Origin: Labilibaculum sp. K2S
GTDB taxonomy: Bacteria > Bacteroidota > Bacteroidia > Bacteroidales > Marinifilaceae
Assembly: GCF_030372765.1 (NCBI RefSeq)
Contig: NZ_JAUCMW010000014.1
Coordinates: 103,163-127,162, forward strand
DNA length: 24,000 bases
Reading direction: 5' to 3'
Part shown: positions 17,198 through 23,785 of the stretch, one piece after another
Layout of the letters: each line of letters begins with the position of its first letter
How positions within the stretch are numbered: the stretch's first letter is position 1
Position numbers and translations under genes: made by a program
The notes under the pieces: generated by a model
Database searches by the model: none
What the model saw: the letters and a program-made list of their open reading frames with translations, nothing else
What the model was told of the DNA's origin: nothing

Positions 17198-17584
17198 ATG
17201 AAAATCTCTAAGAAAAAATTAGGTGTTTGGATGGATCATACCATAGCTCACATAATAGAAATAAAAGAAAATACAATTGCATCAAGTACAGTTGAATCCT
17301 TATCTTCACAAGGCGAAAAACAAAACTTTGGTAAGGATGAAAGTCTGAAACACAATACTGAGCAAGATCAGCTTTCAGAATTTTACAAAAGACTAAGCAC
17401 TGTTATAAGGGACTATTCAGAAGTAATACTATTTGGGCCAACCGATGCTAAAACAGAATTGTACAACTTATTAAAAGAGGACAGTCAATTTAATAACATT
17501 ACTATTGACATTGAAACAACTGATAAATTAACAGAAAATCAGATGCATGCTTTTGTTAAAGAATATTTTGCAAAAGTTAGCTGA
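17198..17584 (+). CDS. hypothetical protein (128 aa)
   Basis: ORF with no confidently recognised family. The pattern LGVWMDH..A.I...(acidic linker)...FY..L...I..Y..VILFGP...K.EL loosely recalls host-attachment / bacterial eRF1-like (baeRF) proteins. Impression only. Confidence 0.55.
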   Translation: MKISKKKLGVWMDHTIAHIIEIKENTIASSTVESLSSQGEKQNFGKDESLKHNTEQDQLSEFYKRLSTVIRDYSEVILFGPTDAKTELYNLLKEDSQFNNITIDIETTDKLTENQMHAFVKEYFAKVS

Positions 17585-17639
17585 CCACAAAAAAATGAAT
17601 AGTGCTTCCAATCATTTAGTAAGCAAAGCTCATCGATTT

Positions 17640-17746
17640 ACCAAATAGTGGCAAACATCGTATCCTGAACTGGTAAAATACTTTGAGGCATTAGGGTAAA
17701 AAAAACATCCTGAGCCAAAGCCTGAGATGTTTCTGCAGCAATTACC
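17640..17746. repeat. direct repeat R, copy 1 (downstream of GH30)
   Basis: Aligns with 19292-19425. The core tggtaaaatacNttgaggcattagggtaaaaaaaacatcc...gccaaagcctgagatgttt is about 66 nt with about 4 mismatches. It ends in aattacc, which matches the stop-codon region of the M15-like gene. Confidence 0.8.
17697..17732 (-). terminator. rho-independent terminator of the GH30 gene (inside repeat R copy 1)
   Basis: On the minus strand, aacatctcaggc-uuug-gcucaggauguu (imperfect stem) is followed by an 8-U run. Confidence 0.6.
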
Positions 17747-17754
17747 TGTTTTTA

Positions 17755-19209
17755 TTATTCATATTGTTTTGCAGGCAGAACAATGGTTGAAATGGAACGG
17801 CCCGGCGATTGATAGTTGATTCTTTTGTTCTCAACATTTAGCTGCGATTGTTTTTTGCAGTTGCCATTTTCGTTGGTGCTGTATAGTTCAGCGCTGTTGG
17901 CAAGGGTTCGAAAAGCAGACAAATCGAATTGGAAGTTTTTTTGTGAGTCTGAATTGTTTACTGCAACAAGAACCAGTTCAGTTTTTTGAGGATTAAGGGC
18001 TGCCAGTACATCGCTATTGTCCGATTCAATGATATGATATCCTTGCTTAATAAATCGGGTAAACTGCATGCGAACGTAAAAATTCTTGACAAGATGGTAG
18101 GTTTCGTTTTTAAAATCAGCTCTAAAAAAACACCATGTATTGTTGTTTTCTTCCATCATCTGCCAATCGAGCCAGGCTGTTGGTTTCAGAATTCTCATAT
18201 CGGCAATTAATTTCTGAGCCAATTGCAAATTAGTACCCAAATCAGTCGAAGAGTAGTCCGACGGACCTGTTTCGGATTGCCAGAAAGGCTTATCAAGGCG
18301 GCGCACAAGCTGGCTGACTTTTTTTCGTTCTTTGTCGGAGCCATTGTATGTATGCGTATTCAGCTGTCCCAACAGATCAACAACATTTCCATCTGCAATG
18401 TATTCCTCCAATTCGGTAATAAAGAGAGAAAGATTGGTTTCGTCGCAGACCGAAATTACGGTAGCAAGATGAGATTTTTTAAGCTTTGGATATAGAATTT
18501 TCAGAAGCTTAATTTGAGACTTTACACTAAAATGACAACCTTCCTGACTTCCCAAATTGTTCCAGTAGCCGGTTAAGGGTTCGTTGAAGGGTTCAAGTGT
18601 TTTAAATTCAATATGGAGTGAATCTTTGTAAAATTTGCACACATCAATTAGGTAATCGCAAAATTGATTGTAATACTTACGATTCAAATTGTCGTGCAGA
18701 GCATTCTCATTTCCTGCCGAACAGCCACTATATGTCATCCAATAGGGAGCCGAGTTCGAAAAAGCTTCAAAAACAGCATCGGGTCTTTTTTCCTTAATTT
18801 TCAACATGATTTTTCTTTGTCCTGCATCAGCAGACCAATCGTAAGGAGAAGTTTCACTTGCCTTAAAACCCTGCATTTCGGCCCGAAGGCCTTTCCCAAA
18901 AGCCATGTGCCCGGGTGTGTTTTCGGTAGAGTAGTGTGCAGGATTGTCACCGCCGCCAATGTTATAGCGAAACACATTCATGTTTAATTCGTTGGGTGAT
19001 GTAATGTAATTTACAATCTCATCAATTGCTTCTTCGTTTTGCCATTGCCCAAGCATGTGCGCCCACCAGCATAAGGACGATCCCCAGCCCTCAACAGTTT
19101 GCTGTTCTTTATCCGGCGATATTTTAACTAAGCTTTGCGATTGTACCGATACACAACTAATCAGTACTGCATAAAGCATTATCAGGCTTGTTTTTAGTCT
19201 GTTGTTCAT
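17755..19209 (-). CDS. glycoside hydrolase family 30 (O-glycosyl hydrolase, beta-1,6-glucanase/glucosylceramidase-like)
   Basis: 484 aa. Signal peptide. N-terminal QTVEGWGSSLCWWA block. Candidate acid/base Glu in EPFNEP and nucleophile Glu in WQSETG. C-terminal beta-sandwich. Confidence 0.85.
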   Translation of the reverse strand: MNNRLKTSLIMLYAVLISCVSVQSQSLVKISPDKEQQTVEGWGSSLCWWAHMLGQWQNEEAIDEIVNYITSPNELNMNVFRYNIGGGDNPAHYSTENTPGHMAFGKGLRAEMQGFKASETSPYDWSADAGQRKIMLKIKEKRPDAVFEAFSNSAPYWMTYSGCSAGNENALHDNLNRKYYNQFCDYLIDVCKFYKDSLHIEFKTLEPFNEPLTGYWNNLGSQEGCHFSVKSQIKLLKILYPKLKKSHLATVISVCDETNLSLFITELEEYIADGNVVDLLGQLNTHTYNGSDKERKKVSQLVRRLDKPFWQSETGPSDYSSTDLGTNLQLAQKLIADMRILKPTAWLDWQMMEENNNTWCFFRADFKNETYHLVKNFYVRMQFTRFIKQGYHIIESDNSDVLAALNPQKTELVLVAVNNSDSQKNFQFDLSAFRTLANSAELYSTNENGNCKKQSQLNVENKRINYQSPGRSISTIVLPAKQYE

Positions 19210-19291
19210 TTCTTTTTTTTAGTATTCTCAGATCGGGCCAGGGCATTCCGGCAATAATTTTGCCCCGCTTTTAATTGCCGGCTTTAAATTT

Positions 19292-19425
19292 ATCAAATAA
19301 TAGTAAACATATGTGTTTCTATATCCCGGATTGGTAAAATACGTTGAGGCATTAGGGTAAAAAAAACATCCCGGGCCAAAGCCTGAGATGTTTTTTCTGT
19401 TTTTTTCCTGTTTGTTGAAATTACC
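19292..19425. repeat. direct repeat R, copy 2 (upstream of GH30, downstream of the pseudogene fragment)
   Basis: Aligns with 17640-17746. It carries a 10-nt insertion (atgtgtttct) and an expanded T tract relative to copy 1. Confidence 0.8.
19358..19392 (-). terminator. terminator hairpin inside repeat R copy 2
   Basis: On the minus strand, aacatctcaggc-uuug-gcccgggauguu (a better stem than copy 1) is followed by a U run. Confidence 0.55.
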
Positions 19426-19557
19426 GTACAGTTGCATGAATGCACTTTGTTTAACCTTCCAAAAGAACGTAACATTTGCCTTCATCCTGAATTTTAATTA
19501 ATACGCGCAGTAATATATTTCGAAGGCGGCAGGTATAAACAGGTTTACTGTTCTTTC
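19418..19557 (-). pseudogene. 3' fragment of a paralog of the M15/VanY-like gene
   Basis: 128 of 140 nt are identical to 14321-14460 by manual alignment. The CAA (Gln) codon of the intact gene is TAA here (plus-strand tta at 19451-19453). Homology stops abruptly at about 19557. Confidence 0.85.
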
Positions 19558-19598
19558 TTATCTAATAATGTAAATATAAAGGTGGTGTGAAAGCCTCT

Positions 19599-19637
19599 CC
19601 CTGCTAGTGATTACTAGCGGGTTGGGCTATTCGACTA
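19599..19637 (+). repeat. hairpin plus GGTTGGGCTA-Y-TCGACTA motif (apparently unoccupied copy of the intron insertion site)
   Basis: 9-bp hairpin ccctgctagt-gatt-actagcggg (19599-19621), followed by ggttgggctat|tcgacta. The same 10-mer and 7-mer flank the intron remnant at 20922-20932 and 21857-21863. Confidence 0.55.
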
Positions 19638-19645
19638 GGCATTGT

Positions 19646-20581
19646 TTATTCAACTATATCATTAAGTGCTCTAAATAAATTTAGAGGATATTCAGCTATT
19701 CGATTACATAAGTATAAATACCATTCATGACCATATACAAAATACAATTTCGTCATATAGCCCTCTTTTTTCAATTTGATAAGTTGTTCTGTTTGGATTC
19801 CATAAAGACTCTCAAATTCGTATAATTCATTATCTGGATTATACTTATCTATCAATATTTTTGCTTCTTGTTGAATTTCGTGATGATGCGTAGCTATAGA
19901 GCATTTATGGTTCTTAGATAAAAGCTGGTCAACATAGTCCAAATATCTGGCATCTAGCTTTTTTCCTCTTGGAATCGAATGTCCTTCAGGAGTATAGAAG
20001 GCACCCTTGACTATTCTAATCCGTCCGTCCTCTCGGATTAAGTCTTGAAAATCATCTTTTGATCTGTATAAATAAGCTTGTAGTGTAATAGCTAAATTAG
20101 GGTACTTTTTGGAAGCTTTTTTATAAGTTTCTATCACCATATCAGTTCTTTCAACTCCTTCTGCACTTATAATAATTTCGATATCATTCTGAGCAGCTTC
20201 ACATATTTGGTATAATTTATTTAGACAAAGATCCGATGAAATAGCTAAACCAATATGTGATAAGTCTAAGGAGATTGTTGAATTCAGATTTTGCTTTCTA
20301 ATTCCTTGCACAATTCTTATAAACTCTTGAGTAGCTTGATTAACTTCATTTTCTGTTTTAATATTCTCCCCCATAAATTCTATGGAACACTTGAATCCAT
20401 TGTTATTTTCTTTTAAAACTTTTGGAATCGTTTCTTCCAATGTTTCACCACCTATATATCGATTTGCCGCTTTTCTCAAAATTTGATATAAAGGTTTGTT
20501 GTTCAAAAGGTACTCTTTTGCATTTTTATCAAGAGCTATTTTTTTTAAAGCACTAGATCCCATTAATAATAATTCGTCCAT
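19646..20581 (-). CDS. monofunctional proline dehydrogenase family protein
   Basis: About 311 aa. PRODH-barrel pattern: LQAYLYRS, RIRIVKGAF, IATHH, ESLYGIQ, and the C-terminal YGHEWYLYLCNRIAEYPLN (compare YG..W..Y..RR.AE.P.N). ATG at 20581. The track's TTG at 20596 is an alternative start. Confidence 0.8.
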   Translation of the reverse strand: MDELLLMGSSALKKIALDKNAKEYLLNNKPLYQILRKAANRYIGGETLEETIPKVLKENNNGFKCSIEFMGENIKTENEVNQATQEFIRIVQGIRKQNLNSTISLDLSHIGLAISSDLCLNKLYQICEAAQNDIEIIISAEGVERTDMVIETYKKASKKYPNLAITLQAYLYRSKDDFQDLIREDGRIRIVKGAFYTPEGHSIPRGKKLDARYLDYVDQLLSKNHKCSIATHHHEIQQEAKILIDKYNPDNELYEFESLYGIQTEQLIKLKKEGYMTKLYFVYGHEWYLYLCNRIAEYPLNLFRALNDIVE

Positions 20582-21200
20582 AAACTTTCCTTTCAATAAT
20601 GCCTAACGTTGATAATAAGAGGCGTTGGCCGATTAAAAAAACCGAACCTCCGAAATACTACTTAGCCGTAACTTTTGTTTTGGTTATAATTTATTCTTTT
20701 CACTAACCGATACAAAAGTTTCGGCGATTTTATTTAAAGTGCTAAACTTCCGAACTTATGCTGACAGCCTATGCCCTTTATTTTTTTTTGTGCCTTGAAT
20801 GGTAAATTTAGTAAAAGTTCTTTTGTGTAGTTAATCATTATGAAAGAAAGTCCGGAGGGTGTAGGTCCCTTATGCATTGGGGTTACTCCTGGAAGCATTA
20901 GTCCCGAGGCCTCGAGCAGGTGGTTGGGCTACGGCGAAGCCATCATGAACGCCAGAAATAACACATATGGTGAATAAAGTCCAATTTTAAGAACGACCAT
21001 TACGCTTGAAAGGTTGAAAAAATGGGTTATTGTTTATATTAATTAGGAAGTAGTCCACTCTTCAATCGAAAAGTATACCACTATTTATTCACAAGATGAA
21101 CAAAATTTGTTCATTGCAAAATGATAAGTATGTATACAAAACAGGAAATTATCATCCGTAGTTATCGTCCTGATAAGAATGCCATTGCAGCTGTGAATGA

Positions 21201-21725
21201 AGTCAGATACTTACAGCGCTAAAGCAACGTCTGTCAGCATGTGGCTTAACTGCCCATCCTGAAAAGACGAAGTTAGTGTATTGTAAGAAATCAGGTAGAA
21301 ACCGAAAGGGTTATCCCGTACAATTCGATTTTCTTGGATTTAGTTTTCGTCCCATACATATGAAATTGAAACGGGGCGGAAGCTTTCTTCAATTTGATTG
21401 TATCATGAGTCGAAAATCAAAAGTGAGACTTACCCGTGTTCTGCGCGATTTAAAATTTCACAATAAAAGTCAGCACACAATTCAAGATTTGGCAATATTG
21501 CTCAATCCTAAAATACGTGGCTGGTTAAATTATTATGGAAGAATTCATCGACGGTGCATGAAACCCGTGTTTTATTATCTACATCATCGTCTGATAAAGT
21601 GGATATTGAACAAATACAAAGGCTTTAAGCGTAGCAAGGTGAAAGCTGTGAGATGGTTAAGGCGTATCTGTAATTGTTATCCCAATCTATTTTATCATTG
21701 GACATTAGGCTATCAGTTAACCTAA
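21201..21725 (+). pseudogene. truncated group II intron reverse transcriptase/maturase (C-terminal part only)
   Basis: The frame opens after the TGA at 21198. It encodes ...ALKQRLSACGLTAHPEKTKLVYCKK...FDFLGFSFRP...NPKIRGWLNYYG...LFYHWTLGYQLT*. The YADD region is absent; only a frameshifted trace remains (IIIRSYRPDKNAIAAVNEV at 21131-21220). No En/HNH domain. Confidence 0.8.
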
Positions 21726-21747
21726 AATTGAATTGACTGCATAATAA

Positions 21748-21801
21748 GAGCCGTATGAAACGAAGTTCGGCGAAGCCAATTGAGAGATTCACGTACGGTT
21801 C
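21748..21801 (+). ncRNA. group II intron domain V interrupted by a 20-nt insertion
   Basis: gagccgtatg (21748-21757) plus aattgagagattcacgtacggttc (21778-21801) together form a canonical 34-nt domain V (AGC triad, GAGA tetraloop). The 20 nt aaacgaagttcggcgaagcc (21758-21777) lie in between. Confidence 0.65.
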
Positions 21802-21807
21802 TGTGAG

Positions 21808-21856
21808 AAGTTAGGGGTGAATTGAAAATCGACGAAGTCAAATTCCCCTAGCTTAC
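21808..21856 (+). ncRNA. group II intron domain VI-like helix and 3' end
   Basis: aagttagggg pairs with cccctagctt around an inner gac-gaa-gtc hairpin. Candidate branch A lies 7 nt from the end, and the intron ends in AC. Confidence 0.55.
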
Positions 21857-21897
21857 TCGACTATGGGCTGGGTTTTATTCTTTCAATCCATTCAATA

Positions 21898-22677
21898 TTA
21901 AAGTCTTATCCCAAAATTATCGTATGTAAATATTCCACTCCCGTGTTTTAATTTTCCTTTTTCGTACAATTCGGAAAAAGCATTGTCCATATCTTTAATA
22001 ATCGACAAAGGAACATTCAAATCGTGATGTGCAGGGAAAATTTTCTTTATCGGTAGCGACAACAATTTTTTTATTGAATTCATATAAGCAATAGGGTCTG
22101 TTGACGGAAAATCTGCAAACAATACATCCATATAAATCAAATCTCCGGTATATAAATAGCCCTTATCTTTTTCAAAAAAGCACATATGTCCCGGTGAATG
22201 TCCGGGAGTATGCAAAACCTGGATTGTTCGTCCTCCCAATTCAATTGTATCGTTATCTTTTAGCAGTCTTGTCGGAATCCCTTTAAAAAGGTTGTAATCG
22301 TTAACATCAAAATCTTTTGGGAAATCGCACGGTTCTTCTATCAAAAAGTTTCTAACCTGTTCTATAGTCAATGGAAATCCTCCATTTATCCATTCAGTTT
22401 CTGCTTCGTGTACATAAAAGTCTGGAAAATATTTATGTCCGCCAAAATGGTCATAGTGTACGTGTGTTGTAACTACTGTAACAGGTTTATTTGTCAGTTT
22501 TTGAACTTGCTCCAAAATATTTTCAACTCCAAGTCCCGTATCAATTAATAAACATTTCTCTGTTCCATTTAGCACATAACAATGAGTTTCTTCCCAATGT
22601 TTATATTCACTTATTATTGATGTGTTGTCATCAATCTTTTCAATTGTAAACCAGTCGTTTTTGTTGTTAGTAATCAT
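21898..22677 (-). CDS. MBL-fold metallo-hydrolase
   Basis: 259 aa. HxHxDH motif (THVHYDHFGG), downstream His (TPGHSPGH) and Asp/His ligand pattern. AGGAG lies 8 nt upstream of the ATG. Confidence 0.85.
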   Translation of the reverse strand: MITNNKNDWFTIEKIDDNTSIISEYKHWEETHCYVLNGTEKCLLIDTGLGVENILEQVQKLTNKPVTVVTTHVHYDHFGGHKYFPDFYVHEAETEWINGGFPLTIEQVRNFLIEEPCDFPKDFDVNDYNLFKGIPTRLLKDNDTIELGGRTIQVLHTPGHSPGHMCFFEKDKGYLYTGDLIYMDVLFADFPSTDPIAYMNSIKKLLSLPIKKIFPAHHDLNVPLSIIKDMDNAFSELYEKGKLKHGSGIFTYDNFGIRL

Positions 22678-22872
22678 TCTAATTTCTCCTTTACCTGCAA
22701 ACTGTTTTATAATTAACGTGTTAAAGGTTCCATTCTTTTCAAGTTGCTAAGCTGGAACACTGGTTTGAACCTATTGTTTTTAATGCGCCATCGGTGCAGA
22801 ATAAAGCACAAAAGTCACGTATTCACTTTTTAACCTATACATTATATAAATATTAGTCGCAGTTTATATTTT

Positions 22873-23526
22873 TTATTCAAATAGTCTTTTATCAACTTCT
22901 GCAAAATTTCTTATTTGCTGATAGCTCCAATCACTATAATCATCATTATTAGAATTTACAATTATAATTTTTGCAACTTTTGCATTTTCTGCTGATTTTA
23001 TTCCTGAAATAGAATCTTCAAAAACAAGCGTTTCATTTCCTGATAATCCCATTACATTCATAGCTTTATTAAATATTTGAGGGTCAGGTTTACTCTTCAT
23101 TTTGCCATTGTTAAATATCACTTCTGTCCTATCAAAAAAAGAATCCAGTTTTAAATGGTCAAAATAAAAATCTACATTATCAATTTCGGATGCTGTTGCT
23201 ATTACAAAAGGTATATTTTTTCCTTTGAGATAATTAAAGAAATCTATTGCCCCAGGTGCTAATTGCATATTTGTTTGCAAACATAGTTCTTGATATATTT
23301 TCTCTTTTTCTTTGCCAAATTTATTAATATCTTCTTTTAAAAGTTGCCTTTGAAATAAGCCGTTCAAGATATCTCTATTGTTTTTTCCGTGTATTTTCTC
23401 ATTTTTTTCTTTGTCTGACAATTTTAAATTATGTCTTTCTAAAAAAATATCCCACGCTTTATTGTGAAGTGCAGTATCCCAAAATAATGTTCCATTAAAA
23501 TCAAAAATCACACCTTTTATTTTCAT
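22873..23526 (-). CDS. HAD-superfamily hydrolase (beta-phosphoglucomutase/phosphatase-like subfamily IA)
   Basis: 217 aa. Motif I VIFDFNGTL, motif II ATAS, motif III K...(ED) (SKPDP...FEDS). Helical cap between motifs I and II. Confidence 0.85.
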   Translation of the reverse strand: MKIKGVIFDFNGTLFWDTALHNKAWDIFLERHNLKLSDKEKNEKIHGKNNRDILNGLFQRQLLKEDINKFGKEKEKIYQELCLQTNMQLAPGAIDFFNYLKGKNIPFVIATASEIDNVDFYFDHLKLDSFFDRTEVIFNNGKMKSKPDPQIFNKAMNVMGLSGNETLVFEDSISGIKSAENAKVAKIIIVNSNNDDYSDWSYQQIRNFAEVDKRLFE

Positions 23527-23599
23527 AATTTCCTATATATTTTTTTAAAATCTGTTCTTTTTATCGTTCGTAAATTTGACCGTTGCCCATAACGGGCTT

Positions 23600-23760
23600 G
23601 CCATGTGTTTTGCGGGCTTTCGAAGCATTTCACTTTCAAATCTGCATTTAGCCAAAACTTTGATTTAAATTAATTCAAATTATAAATTGACAAATCAAAG
23701 ATTTGGCGGTGTTACAACGAAGAACTGCGATTGATTTACCCGCTAAACCCCGCATTACAT
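23600..23760. repeat. long imperfect palindrome in the cassette spacer
   Basis: Core arms gccaaaactttgattt (23651-23666) and aaatcaaagatttggc (23692-23707) match at 15 of 16 positions. Outer arms gcggg (23612-23616) and cccgc (23739-23743) are roughly symmetric about ~23679. Confidence 0.5.
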
Positions 23761-23785
23761 ATAGCTTTTGTTGTAGCCAGTTCCT

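Larger units (their letters stand above)
20933..21856 (+). mobile_element. degenerate group II intron remnant (3' portion: maturase C-terminus, domains V and VI)
   Basis: Contains an intron-encoded-protein remnant with RT domain-7 and X-domain motifs. A domain V-like sequence starts 23 nt after the ORF stop. A domain VI-like helix ends ...cccctagcttac (an A at -7, terminal AC). No GUGYG 5' end and no RT domains 0-5. Confidence 0.8.

Noticed and set aside
19228-19485. The 85-aa and 60-aa minus-strand ORFs (19228-19485 and 19293-19475).
   Set aside because: They run across repeat R copy 2, its terminator hairpin and the out-of-context pseudogene fragment, so they are artefacts of the rearranged sequence.
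19620-20629. Canonical integron attC sites. GTTGGGC (19621-19627 and 20923-20929, plus strand), GCCTAAC...GTTGGCC around a bulged-T hairpin (20601-20630), and GTTAGGC on the minus strand 22 nt upstream of the PRODH start all match RYYYAAC/GTTRRRY-type cores.
   Set aside because: I could not pair any R'' with an R' in a single 55-140-nt imperfect hairpin. The 20601-20630 hairpin is only about 30 nt. The GCCCAAC cores are followed by hairpins rather than included in them. I therefore report only a 'cassette-like' island and leave attC status to a covariance-model search.
20798-20803. gtgcc after a T-run, considered as a possible group II intron 5' end (GUGYG).
   Set aside because: It does not match GUGYG. 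The conserved target half-site ggttgggctac lies 130 nt further right (20922-20932), and that places the element's left junction at 20933.
20841-20990. The string gaaagaaagtccggagg, in a relatively GC-rich structured-looking stretch, looked like the RNase P RNA P4 region (GAGGAAAGUCCGGGC).
   Set aside because: The universal P4 sequence is not matched (ggagg instead of gggcuc). No other RNase P conserved regions are visible, and the segment is too short. It lies just left of the intron remnant (20933-21856), in the spacer that carries the 5' half of the intron's target site, so it is more likely part of that site's structured region.
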